From contig CBDAOY010000007.1 in assembly GCA_965198225.1 (NCBI GenBank), positions 352,001 to 416,000 on the forward strand: DNA of 64,000 nucleotides, given 5' to 3'. This document shows positions 42,505-51,778 of this stretch, piece after piece (position 1 is the first letter of the stretch; every line of letters begins with the position of its first letter). Source of the DNA: Terriglobia bacterium (GTDB lineage: Bacteria; Acidobacteriota; Terriglobia; 20CM-2-55-15). The translations under genes were made by a program, and so were the position numbers. A model generated the notes under the pieces. The model worked only from the letters and a program-made list of their open reading frames with translations. It ran no database searches and was not told the origin of the DNA.

Positions 42505-42753
42505 TGGGGATAAGTAAAACAAGAGGGGTTCTGAGGGCAGGGGGTGGCGGGACGCACGGCGGAACTGTCGCCGTTGGGCTGTTGTTTTGGAGTTGCAGGG
42601 TGGCAGAAACGCCCGACACGCAGAATCGCACGGGCCGAAGCGCACGAAACCCGCGTCGGCTTTCGAGCCGTGTTCAGAACCAGTCCGGTGGAGTGGAATG
42701 CATGGAGGCGGCCGGGTGAACTGGTGGCGCACGCGAGGGTAGACCGAGGCAGT
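42505..42753 (-). mobile_element. IS91/ISCR-like 3' end (last transposase codons plus oriIS)
   Basis: About 248 bp nearly identical to 45885-46132, ending CTTGTTTTACTTATCCCCA on the - strand. Confidence 0.85.
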
Positions 42754-42885
42754 GTGAATGTCGCCTGGTCTCTCGGAAGGACAACACCTACCAGTCTTTC
42801 ACCGACCTTCGCGCGTGGATCGGGCAGCATCTTAAGGTCAAAGACGCGATCCTCGACGGTGAGATTGTCTGTCTGGATGAGAGCG
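42754..42885 (+). pseudogene. fragment of an ATP-dependent DNA ligase (LigD/LigC-type)
   Basis: ECRLVSRKDNTYQSFTDLRAWIGQHLKVKDAILDGEIVCLDE contains the LxSR and motif III LDGEIV signatures. Confidence 0.7.
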
Positions 42886-42889
42886 AGTC

Positions 42890-42944
42890 CCCGCGTCTTC
42901 CCACCCCCTGGCACTCGGGACCCCGCTTGTTTTACTCATCCGCA
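42890..42944 (+). mobile_element. divergent IS91-like oriIS end in the opposite orientation
   Basis: CCACCCCCTGGCACTCGGGACCCCGCTTGTTTTACTCATCCGCA aligns with CCACCCCCTGCCCTCCGAACCCCTCTTGTTTTACTTATCCCCA. Confidence 0.7.
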
Positions 42945-43125
42945 AATGATCTGCGAGCGGCTAAAATGCCGGCGGGAACGGTGAATGGCCCGAAGATCCG
43001 GCGGATTCCTGTCACTTATCACAAGAACCCATTATATTGATGTGAAGCAATTGCTTGTTGTCACAATTCACGATTTGGTCCGGCACCGGGCACACCAATT
43101 TTCTTGTAACCGAAAGATAAACAAT

Positions 43126-43446
43126 ATGGACCTTTCCAGCCTGATCGTCGGCATCGCTATCGGAGTCGCGGTGGCATTGCTGATTGTGCTTGTCCTTCGG
43201 GACAAACAGCGTGAAAAACAAACCGCGACCGATACCAGCCAGGAAAACGCTTCCCTTGTCTCCGCCATTCACGAAAGCCAGGTCGCCACACACAAGGCGC
43301 TGGTACAACAACAGCGGCATTTTGCACAATGGATGAACGTCCATGCCGCGGCATCCGCCGCAAAACCCATCCCCAAAGCGAAGCCCCCCGCCCCCGAACC
43401 TGAAGCCGAATTCCCGATTTGCTGGGACATCATCCCCGAAGATTGA
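43126..43446 (+). CDS. small hypothetical single-pass membrane protein
   Basis: MDLSSLIVGIAIGVAVALLIVLVL followed by a polar/helical tail and Pro-rich end. Confidence 0.65.
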   Translation: MDLSSLIVGIAIGVAVALLIVLVLRDKQREKQTATDTSQENASLVSAIHESQVATHKALVQQQRHFAQWMNVHAAASAAKPIPKAKPPAPEPEAEFPICWDIIPED

Positions 43447-43480
43447 ACCCTAAATTGACCCAACACTACCCACACCAACC

Positions 43481-45607
43481 ATGGCCACTTCAACGATCAC
43501 CATTTCCGTAGCGGGATTTCCCCCCGGGGCGCCCATTTCCATCCCCATGGGGACCGACATCAACATCGCCATCAATTCCGCTCCCGATGAACTCGTGGCG
43601 ATCGGATTGCGCCTGAAACCGCCCGATGCGACTTTTCACCCTTCCTTCCGCACCGTCAGCCCCCCCAATGCCGACGGCTCGCAAGCGTACGGGCTGTCGC
43701 ATACCAGCTTTTATCCCGCCGGGGAAATAACTGTCCTCAACGCGAACACCTTTAACCTGCTCCCCGGCAACTACCAATTCGTGTCCCTCGTCTATGACCC
43801 TCACCACATCTCGGACGACGGTTCAGGCGCTGTGGAATTCATTTCCAGTAACAGCTTTGAGATTGTGGCCGGTTTCAGCGACGATTTGCTCCCGGCGGGT
43901 AGCCCTTTCGCAAATGTAGGGGCATGGATGGACGCGATTGCCAATGACATGACCGGCCCCGCCCCGAGAATCATGGCGCTCTATGGGGCTGCGGGTGATG
44001 CGCTCAATACCGTCCATACCGGCGATCTCGTGATCCTTGCAGTGAATACTACCGGCATGACGGAAGTGCTGAACAAAGTGGAATTTCACCTGGACATGGG
44101 TGGGGGCGCGGAGGAAATCATTCTTCTTGAAGTCTTTCCTTTTCCAGAATTCATCAATGACGGTGACTGGTTGTCCATCGCGGCGATTCCCGCACCGGGA
44201 TTGAACATGGGTACAAGGCTCAAGCTGTTTTATGTGCCAGGGCACCAGACCTATACGCAGCAACAGGGGCAACTCCGGCTTGCCCTTTCGTACCGAAATC
44301 CCGCGGACCAACTCCTCAGTGTACCTGTAACGCTCACGGACGATCCCGTCATTGTGCTGAACAACAACAGCCATATTGACGCCGCCGGCAATCCGGTTCC
44401 GCACCAGCGGAAGAAAATCACCGTTGCGACCATCGGCGCGGATTATCCGGAGGCGCATTACGACGCCTACGCGCAGGAGCTCAGCGATTTCTTCCAATTT
44501 GCCTGCCGCGACTATTTCGCCATTGAGGTCACCATTCACAACTACCGCCTCTCAGACTTCCCGATCGATTATGCGGGCTGGTGGAGTGGTTTGCCAAAAG
44601 TCCCCGAGGGCGCGGTACTGGATCCCATGAATCCGGATGACATGTTTTTCATCCAGCTCATTTATGCACATGAGCACAATATGGTGAACCAGCCCTCCCT
44701 TGAGTCGCTGCACCCGCTGCAAGCGGACGGGGAGGACATTACCCTTTACATGTTGATGCAATTTTCCGGCGGGGGAGGGGCGGCCCAAAACGCCTGCGAG
44801 ATTCAAACGCGTTTCACCGCCGGGCTCATGTCCCAGGATTATAAGGTGGACGGGAATTACCAGGCGCCCTCCGAGATGAACGATCCAGCGGCGATCTGGG
44901 ACACACCGGCGAAACGGGCGGTGGAAGTGAATATTTGCGCGCACGAGATCGGGCATGCGTTTTGGAAAAGGCCTGTCCGGAGAGACATCGGGCATGCAAA
45001 CGCTTATCATATGCACGAGGCGCAATACGGCGGCGGTCGATTTTACCGGTTCATTCGCTACCTGGATGCGGAGAATGCGGTCGACGCATACAATGCCCGC
45101 GTTGCAATTGGCTGGGGAAACACGCTCATGTCCTATTCCCGCAACCGGAACAACCTTGACCAGCGCCTCCTCTTGGACCAGCTCGGGCCGCTCATTCCGC
45201 TTTACGCACCTCCGGAGCTCAGTTTTCTCGTAAAAGCCGTGGGCGCTCCCGTCGGGACGGCCGGACCCACGATCACCATCAATGCCGGTGACTCCGTGGA
45301 GTTAGTGCTACAAGGCAGTTCTCCCAGCGGATTGCGCATGATGTGGTGGTTCGAACAAGGTGCACCCGCCGTCAGCACAATGTATACCTACGGGCATATC
45401 GACAGCTACCAGCGGATTTATGAAGCGCTGGAAATCGAATTGGTCACGTTTGATGATCCGGGTGTGTATGTTCTGCAGTCAAATTGCCGTGACATCCTCT
45501 ATTACATAGCGCACGGCGGGACGCAGTCGAATGCGGATACGCGGGGCAATCCTCACCAGGCTTCTGAAAACGTGGGCCTGCGCGCGGTGACAATAACGGT
45601 GAATTAG
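43481..45607 (+). CDS. hypothetical zinc metalloprotease-like protein (HEIGH) with C-terminal PKD-like domain
   Basis: 708-aa ORF; CAHEIGHAF..GH, Met-turn-like NTLMSY, TINAGDSVEL..WWF..VTFDDPGVY..VTITVN. Confidence 0.75.
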   Translation: MATSTITISVAGFPPGAPISIPMGTDINIAINSAPDELVAIGLRLKPPDATFHPSFRTVSPPNADGSQAYGLSHTSFYPAGEITVLNANTFNLLPGNYQFVSLVYDPHHISDDGSGAVEFISSNSFEIVAGFSDDLLPAGSPFANVGAWMDAIANDMTGPAPRIMALYGAAGDALNTVHTGDLVILAVNTTGMTEVLNKVEFHLDMGGGAEEIILLEVFPFPEFINDGDWLSIAAIPAPGLNMGTRLKLFYVPGHQTYTQQQGQLRLALSYRNPADQLLSVPVTLTDDPVIVLNNNSHIDAAGNPVPHQRKKITVATIGADYPEAHYDAYAQELSDFFQFACRDYFAIEVTIHNYRLSDFPIDYAGWWSGLPKVPEGAVLDPMNPDDMFFIQLIYAHEHNMVNQPSLESLHPLQADGEDITLYMLMQFSGGGGAAQNACEIQTRFTAGLMSQDYKVDGNYQAPSEMNDPAAIWDTPAKRAVEVNICAHEIGHAFWKRPVRRDIGHANAYHMHEAQYGGGRFYRFIRYLDAENAVDAYNARVAIGWGNTLMSYSRNRNNLDQRLLLDQLGPLIPLYAPPELSFLVKAVGAPVGTAGPTITINAGDSVELVLQGSSPSGLRMMWWFEQGAPAVSTMYTYGHIDSYQRIYEALEIELVTFDDPGVYVLQSNCRDILYYIAHGGTQSNADTRGNPHQASENVGLRAVTITVN

Positions 45608-45868
45608 ATCCTGCGGGGATTAGAAAAAGGATGGGAGATTCCGCGAGACGCTGGTGCATGGTCGGCCGGGTGTAAAACCGTGGCAAAGTCGCTTCCTAAC
45701 GCATTTCTCCCGTTTTCGTCATCACAATAGGTTGGCGTGAACATGTCTTCAACGGGAAATCAACACCCGACGTCTGTCGGGCTGTTGACCGCCGCCCCTA
45801 TGCCGATCGAATCCCCTTATCGGCTCGGTCAGTTCCCGGCGCGAATCAAACGTGGCAGGGCCTGTACC

Positions 45869-46556
45869 TGGGGATAAGTAAAACTGGGATAAGTAAAACA
45901 AGAGGGGTTCGGAGGGCAGGGGGTGGCGGGACGCACGGCGGAACTGTCGCCGTTGGGCTGTTGTTTTGGAGTTGCAGGGTGGCAGAAACGCCCGACACGC
46001 AGAATCGCACGGGCCGAAGCGCACGAATCCCGCGTCGGCTTTCGAGCCGTGTTCAGAACCAGTCCGGTGGAGTGGAATGCATGGAGGCGGCCGGGTGAAC
46101 GGGTGGCGCACGCGGGGGTAGACCGAGGCAGTCCAGGATTTTCTGTGTCGCCTCGGGAGGATGAATTGTGGCGAGGACTCGCATGCGGCCGAAGCAGCTG
46201 GGACATTCCAGGACATCGAAGGCCCCAATGCGTTTCATCAATTCCGCCCAGGTATAGTTCCGCGGATGTGGAACGGTGCGGGGCCCCACCGCTACAGATC
46301 CCCCGGGCGCGACGGCTCTCGAGGGACGAGCTTCCGGAGCGCAGGCAGCGTCGGGCATCGGCAGAGGCTCTGCGGCAGTTTGGGTGGGCACGATCAAGTA
46401 TCTCCATTTGGCCGCTGGCGCCAGGATTCCGCTGTATCGAACTAGGTGGGTTCGTGGAGCGGGCACGAGCGCCGAAAGTTTTTCCAGCAACTCCAACCCC
46501 TCAAAAACGACATGCGTCGTCCCGTCGCGCTAGGGGCGTTTGAAGCGATAGAGCAG
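45869..46556 (-). mobile_element. IS91/ISCR-like element remnant: 3' transposase fragment plus oriIS with duplicated terminus
   Basis: LLYRFKRP*RDGTTHVVFEGLELLEKLSALVPAPRTHLVRYSGILAP..WAELMKR..DVLECPSCFGRMRV (46053-46556); terminal GGGATAAGTAAAAC repeated in tandem at 45869-45899. Confidence 0.87.
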
Positions 46557-46625
46557 TCAGCTACAACCTGTCTCGTAACTGGGCCAACGTCACTTACTAT
46601 GCCGATCTGACCGTTCCCAATTAGA

Positions 46626-49600
46626 TCAACAAAGCTCTCCGGAATCTTCCAAACCAAATCGCTGTAGTTCAAACTCGGTCAATCTTTTCTCGAAGAGGCG
46701 CGAACACGCCAGATCTATCAGCGGCTCATCGGCAACGGTCCAGACGCGTGCTTCGCTATCCCAAGAGGCCGTCACGACACGTGTCCCGTCCGGGTTGAAA
46801 ACGGCCGTGGTCACCCTCCCCTCATGGCCCCTCAGTACGACTGGTTCTCCGCCGCGCTCTGCCGCCCAGATTCGGGCGGTGCCATCGTCAGACGTGGTCA
46901 CCACCCGTGCCCCGTCCTGGCTGAAAACGGCTGTGTTTATCATCCGCTCATGGCCTATCAGCACGATTGGTTCGCCGCTGCCGTCTACCGCCCATATTCG
47001 TGCGGTGAAATCAGTGGAGCCGGTCACCACACGCGCTCCGTCGTGGCTGAAAGCGGCCGTGGTTACCCTCCCCTCATGGCCCCTCAGCACGACTAGTTCT
47101 CCACCGCGCTCTGCCGCCCAGATTCGGGCGGTGCCATCGTCAGAGGCGGTCACCACACGCGTTCCGTCCGGGCTGAAAGCGGCCGCGCCTACCCGATCGT
47201 CATGGATGAGGACGATTGGCTCGCTGCCACCGTCTGTTGCCCATATTCGCGCGGTGCCATCACCAGAGACGGTCACCACACGGCTCCCATCCGGGCTGAA
47301 AGCAGCCTCGTACACCCAATCCTCATGCCCGCTTAGGACGGTCGGTTCGTCGCTGCCGTCCGCTGCCCAGATTCGTGCCGTGCCATCTTGAGAAGCAGTC
47401 ACAACACGTGTCCCGTTTCGACTGAAGGCAGCTGTGTATACCAAAGCGCTATGGCCTCTCAGCACGATTGATTCGCCGCTGCCGTCTGCCGCCCAGACCC
47501 GTGCGGTACCATCCCAGGACGCGGTCACAACGCGTGTTCCGTCGGCGCTAAATGCGGCTGTGCGCACCTCCTCCTCGTGGTCCCTCAGTACGATGGGTTG
47601 GCCGCTGCCGTCTGCCGTCCAGATCCGTGCGGTGCCATCGCTAGAGGCGGTCACCACACGTGTTCCGTCTCGCGAGAATGAGGCTGTCTGTATGTTGTCC
47701 TCGTGGCCTCTCAAGACGGTTGGTTCTCCGCTGTCGCCCACCGCCCAGACCCGTGCAGTGCCATCTTTAGCGCCGGTCACCACCTGCGTTCCGTCCCGGC
47801 TGAAAACGGCTGTGTATACCAGAGTGTTATGGCCACCCAGGACGATGGGTTCACCGCTACCGTCTGCCGCCCAGACCCGTGCGGAAGAATCGTCGGAGGT
47901 CGTCACGACGCGTGTTCCATCGGGGCTGAAGACGGCTGTGCGGACAGTATTCTCATGACCTCTTAAGAGAATTGGATCGCTGTTGCCGTCTGCCGCCCAG
48001 ACCCGTGCGGTACCTTCATTGGAGACGGTTACGACACGCATTCCGTCCGGGCTGAAAGCGGCTGAATATACGCCGGCCTCATGGTCCAGAATCACGGGGT
48101 CCCTGCCGCCGTCAGCTGCCCAGACCCGCACGGTGCCATCACTAGAGGCGGTTACCACACGCGCTCCGTCAGGGCTGAAAGCGGCCGTGTTTACCCAATC
48201 CCTATGGCCCCACAGGACGATTGGTTCGCCGCTGCCGTTCGCCGCCCAGACCCGTGCGCTGCCATCCCAAGAGGCGGTCACCACGCGCGTTCCGTCGGCG
48301 CTAAACGCGGCTGTGCTCACCGTCTCCTCGTGGCCCCTCAGTACGACTGGTTCTCCGCCGCCCTCAGCCGCCCAGACGCGTGCGGTGTCATCCCAAGAGG
48401 CCGTCACCACGCGTGTTCCATCTGGGTTGAAAGCGGCGGTAAGAACCCGACCGTCATGTCCCCTCAGGACGACCGGTTCTCCGCCACCCTCTACCGCCCA
48501 GATTCGTGCGCTGCCGTCCAAAGAGGCGGTCACCACGCGCGTTCCGTCGGCGCTAAACGCGGCTGTGCGCACCTCCTCCTCGTGGCCCCTCAAGACGATT
48601 GGTTCACCGCGGCAGTCGGCCGCCCAGACCCGCGCGGCAGAATCAACGGAGACGGTAACGACGCGTGTTCCGTCGGGGCTGAAAGCGGCTGTGGTTACGT
48701 CACCGCCTTGGCCACGACATATTGCCCGCTCGTGGTTCGCTAGCGCACTGGCGTATAGAGCAGACCAAACTGATGGCAGAACACTGGAACCCCCCATCGG
48801 CGTCATTTCCAACGTTCGTGCAATTCTGAGAGCCGACAACGAAAGGCGTGTAGCTGTCGCACCGCGGCCGGCTTCGACCTCAGAGAAGGAAAGTGCAGTG
48901 AGTGCACCTACCCGGTTTACGCGTGCGGTTCTTTCGTTCGCTCGGGCTTCTCTTGCATTCTCTTGGGCCGCTCTATCGTTCGCTTCGGCCTCTTGGAGGT
49001 TTTGTTGGGCTAACTCCCGTTGGTGCAAAGCATAGCCACCCAATCCGGTGAGGACGACAATCAGCACGGCCGCCGTGCTCGCCCAGATCTGGCGCTGTCT
49101 GCGCTTGCGCGCTTCGTCGCGCTGTTCTATCTCGGCTCGCTCGCGATCATAGATCCGCGCAAGCAGGCTGTACCATGCATCTCGGAAGCGTCCGCGGTCG
49201 ATTTTTCCTTTGCGCTGGTCGAAGCCCCGATAATCAATCGCCAGCGGCGTCGCCACTTTCTCAAGGAGCGCTCGTGAAAACGCGGCTTCGTTAGGGGCTG
49301 ATTTGGCCTCGTTGTTGGGCAGCCCGGCAGCAAGCACCGGAATGACATCGTTCGTGCTACGCGCTGAGAGGAAGCGTCGGATCTCGTCGTCCACAAACTC
49401 ACTGCGCGCCGCCGCCGGCGTACAGATGACAATCAGTTTGCGCGCGGCATGCAGTGATTTCTCAATTGACTTGTGATAATCGCTTCCAACCAAATCTTCC
49501 TGGTCGCGGAAGACATCAATCCTCTTGGCCTCAAGCCCGATTCCAGACGGCGGCTTGAATCTTTCTAACCCACGCGCCAGCCGCTCGGCGAAACCTTTGT

Positions 49601-49685
49601 CTGAACGACTGTAGCTAACAAAGGCGTCGTAACGATTGTCCTCCGTTTGGCTCTGACCGGTTCCCGTCTCGGGCTTCGCTGGCAC
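46626..49685 (-). CDS. TIR domain - TM helix - coiled coil - 16 WD40 repeats
   Basis: AGGAGG RBS before GTG 49685; YDAFVSYSRSD..FRDQEDL..LIVICTPAAARSEFVDDEI (TIR); IWASTAAVLIVVLTGLGGYAL (TM); 16 repeats of GH..V.TAAFS.DG.RVVT.S.DG.AR[IV]W. Confidence 0.93.
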   Translation of the reverse strand: MPAKPETGTGQSQTEDNRYDAFVSYSRSDKGFAERLARGLERFKPPSGIGLEAKRIDVFRDQEDLVGSDYHKSIEKSLHAARKLIVICTPAAARSEFVDDEIRRFLSARSTNDVIPVLAAGLPNNEAKSAPNEAAFSRALLEKVATPLAIDYRGFDQRKGKIDRGRFRDAWYSLLARIYDRERAEIEQRDEARKRRQRQIWASTAAVLIVVLTGLGGYALHQRELAQQNLQEAEANDRAAQENAREARANERTARVNRVGALTALSFSEVEAGRGATATRLSLSALRIARTLEMTPMGGSSVLPSVWSALYASALANHERAICRGQGGDVTTAAFSPDGTRVVTVSVDSAARVWAADCRGEPIVLRGHEEEVRTAAFSADGTRVVTASLDGSARIWAVEGGGEPVVLRGHDGRVLTAAFNPDGTRVVTASWDDTARVWAAEGGGEPVVLRGHEETVSTAAFSADGTRVVTASWDGSARVWAANGSGEPIVLWGHRDWVNTAAFSPDGARVVTASSDGTVRVWAADGGRDPVILDHEAGVYSAAFSPDGMRVVTVSNEGTARVWAADGNSDPILLRGHENTVRTAVFSPDGTRVVTTSDDSSARVWAADGSGEPIVLGGHNTLVYTAVFSRDGTQVVTGAKDGTARVWAVGDSGEPTVLRGHEDNIQTASFSRDGTRVVTASSDGTARIWTADGSGQPIVLRDHEEEVRTAAFSADGTRVVTASWDGTARVWAADGSGESIVLRGHSALVYTAAFSRNGTRVVTASQDGTARIWAADGSDEPTVLSGHEDWVYEAAFSPDGSRVVTVSGDGTARIWATDGGSEPIVLIHDDRVGAAAFSPDGTRVVTASDDGTARIWAAERGGELVVLRGHEGRVTTAAFSHDGARVVTGSTDFTARIWAVDGSGEPIVLIGHERMINTAVFSQDGARVVTTSDDGTARIWAAERGGEPVVLRGHEGRVTTAVFNPDGTRVVTASWDSEARVWTVADEPLIDLACSRLFEKRLTEFELQRFGLEDSGELC
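46740..48720 (-). repeat. intragenic ~126-bp tandem repeats encoding WD40 blades
   Basis: 16 units counted in the translation; some are nearly identical at DNA level (about 46803-46892 vs 47055-47144). Confidence 0.9.
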
Positions 49686-49776
49686 GTCACGTTCCTCCTG
49701 AAAGGCTCGATTCCAACAGGTACTCTGGCAAATTACTCTAGGTGATTGGGCTTCAACTTCATAGGCTAAATGTGGG

Positions 49777-49934
49777 TGTGATGGGTACGACCTCGGTGGA
49801 CATTGACAATGTAGCTCATCCGAGCTTCTCACGAAGCGCTTCGTAGGGCGTCTTGCCCTGAAACGCTCCGTGTGGACGGTGGTAGTTGTAGAAGTTCTCC
49901 CATTCCGCGAGCTTCGCGGTGAGGTCGACGTCAC
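49777..49934 (-). mobile_element. IS481-family remnant (3' transposase plus right end)
   Basis: LTAKLAEWENFYNYHRPHGAFQGKTPYEALREKL*; TGTGATGG..GACA terminal sequence at 49777-49802. Confidence 0.75.
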
Positions 49935-50391
49935 GACGCCTACCGGCCTCGCAATCCGGAAGAAAACTCGCTTTTTCCGTGCCGGCTGCCATCAACAACT
50001 CCGGCGTCAGAGCGACGATATGTCGCGCTTGTCTTTTGTTGGCCGACTTCCATCGGGTTGTTGGTACAGGCGTTCAAGTTCTGGCTCCTGGCCGAACACT
50101 GCAGACGCACAGAAGCACGGAGTGAAGCTGGACACCCGCGGGCGGTGGCAGTGGTATCGCACCCAGGCTCGCGAAGTTCAGCAAGCGCGATTTGCAGACG
50201 ATAGCGTCTGGGTGAACGCGCGACGTGGCTGGAATCGACTGCTGAAGAGATTGCGAACCGTCTTCGATCCGATAAACCGGCCTGCGACAGTCAGATCCAG
50301 AAGCCCGCGTTGCCCAAGACGACCATGGACAGCCGAAGCCACCCGCTGTACGCTACGCGGACGAAAGCTTCAGTATGGAATGGAGGGAATC

Positions 50392-51699
50392 GTGCGTCTC
50401 ACAGGACTGTTCGTCATCGCTGCGTGTCTCACGCTGTCGCCGGTCACGGAAGCCCAGGAGCGGTGGCCAGAGCCCGACCCGGAAATGCTCGAGCGGGCTC
50501 GGGCACTGCTGGCCGAGGTCCCGCTCATCGACGGGCACAACGACCTGCCCTCGTCACTCATCGAGATGGTCGACGGAAACCTGGATCGAGTCGATCTCTC
50601 CGTCCGCCAGCCGGAACTGCCGGCCGACATCCCGCGCCTGCGGGAAGGCATGGTTGGTGGCCAGTTCTGGTCGGTGTTTACTCCCTCCGAAGCTGAAGAC
50701 GCCGGGATGGCGCTCAAGAATGCGATCGACGAGTTCGATGTCGTTCACGAATTCGTGAGCCGTTATCCGGATTTCGAACTCGCATCGACGGCCGACGACA
50801 TCCTGCGCATTCACCGGGAAGGCAGGATCGCGTCAATGATCGGTGTCGAGGGCGGCCACATGATCGAGAACTCGCTGGGGGCGCTCCGGATGTTCCATCG
50901 GCTCGGCGCGCGGTATATGACCCTCAGTCATTTTGGTTCCAACGACTGGGCCGACGCCGCCACCGACCGACCTACCTACGACGGGCTGACCGAGTTCGGA
51001 GAAGAAGTCGTCCGGGAGCTGAACCGGGTCGGGATTTTCGTAGACCTGTCCCACGTCAGCGCGGAGACGATGAAGGATGCCTTACGGGTGAGCACGGCAC
51101 CCGTGATCTACTCGCACTCCGGCGCGAGGGCGATCAACGCGCATGTCCGGAACGTACCGGACGACGTCCTGCGGCTCGTGGCCGAGAACGGGGGCGTCGT
51201 GATGGTGGACTTCGTCGCCGGCTACGTCCCACCGACGCCGGAAGAGTGGCGCAACCTCAGCGGTCCCGAAGGAGAGCGTATCCACAGATCGGTGATTCGT
51301 TCCCCGGATGAACCCGCCTGGTCCACCCGAAGGAATGCCGAGGCGGAACGACTGCGGGTGGAACTGGACGACCAGGAAGAGATCGATCGAAGACTCGCCG
51401 CCTGGATAGAGCGCAATCCGGCGCCCCGCGGCAACGTCGGAGACGTCGCCGACCACATCGATCACATTCGAGAGGTCGCCGGCATCGACCACATCGGCAT
51501 CGGTTCGGACTTCTACGACAACGGAGAATCGTCGATGGCCCATGGACTCGAAGACGTCACGCGGTTCCCCGTCCTGATCGCCGAACTCCTGCGGCGGGAC
51601 TATACCGCGGAGGAAGTAAAGAAGATTGCGGGCCTCAACCTCATTCGCGCGATGCGCGAGATGGAGCAGGTTGCGGCGCGACTCCGGAGAGAACGATGA
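50392..51699 (+). CDS. secreted membrane dipeptidase (peptidase M19)
   Basis: GGAGG RBS before GTG 50392; LIDGHNDLP, GGQFWSV, GVEGGH, VDLSHVS, YSHSGA, HIGIGSDF. Confidence 0.94.
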   Translation: MRLTGLFVIAACLTLSPVTEAQERWPEPDPEMLERARALLAEVPLIDGHNDLPSSLIEMVDGNLDRVDLSVRQPELPADIPRLREGMVGGQFWSVFTPSEAEDAGMALKNAIDEFDVVHEFVSRYPDFELASTADDILRIHREGRIASMIGVEGGHMIENSLGALRMFHRLGARYMTLSHFGSNDWADAATDRPTYDGLTEFGEEVVRELNRVGIFVDLSHVSAETMKDALRVSTAPVIYSHSGARAINAHVRNVPDDVLRLVAENGGVVMVDFVAGYVPPTPEEWRNLSGPEGERIHRSVIRSPDEPAWSTRRNAEAERLRVELDDQEEIDRRLAAWIERNPAPRGNVGDVADHIDHIREVAGIDHIGIGSDFYDNGESSMAHGLEDVTRFPVLIAELLRRDYTAEEVKKIAGLNLIRAMREMEQVAARLRRER

Positions 51700-51710
51700 C
51701 CCAAGCGGGT

Positions 51711-51778
51711 GTAGGTGCGGTCTGTGACCGCACAATTTGTGGTTCGCGAGAATTTGTGCGCTCATAGAGCGCACCTAC
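51711..51778. repeat. REPIN (inverted REP doublet)
   Basis: GTAGGTGCGGTCTGTGACCGCAC..GTGCGCTCATAGAGCGCACCTAC. Confidence 0.87.

Noticed and set aside
46740-48720. Diversity-generating retroelement acting on the WD40 repeats
   Set aside because: No reverse transcriptase or non-coding template repeat is in the window, and the variation is not evidently adenine-specific.
49870-50391. Long N-terminal extensions in the ORF track (dipeptidase from 49870, TIR protein from 49934, 7714, 24811, 54172 and others)
   Set aside because: The extensions run through IS remnants or neighbouring genes; downstream starts with an RBS or signal peptide are better supported.
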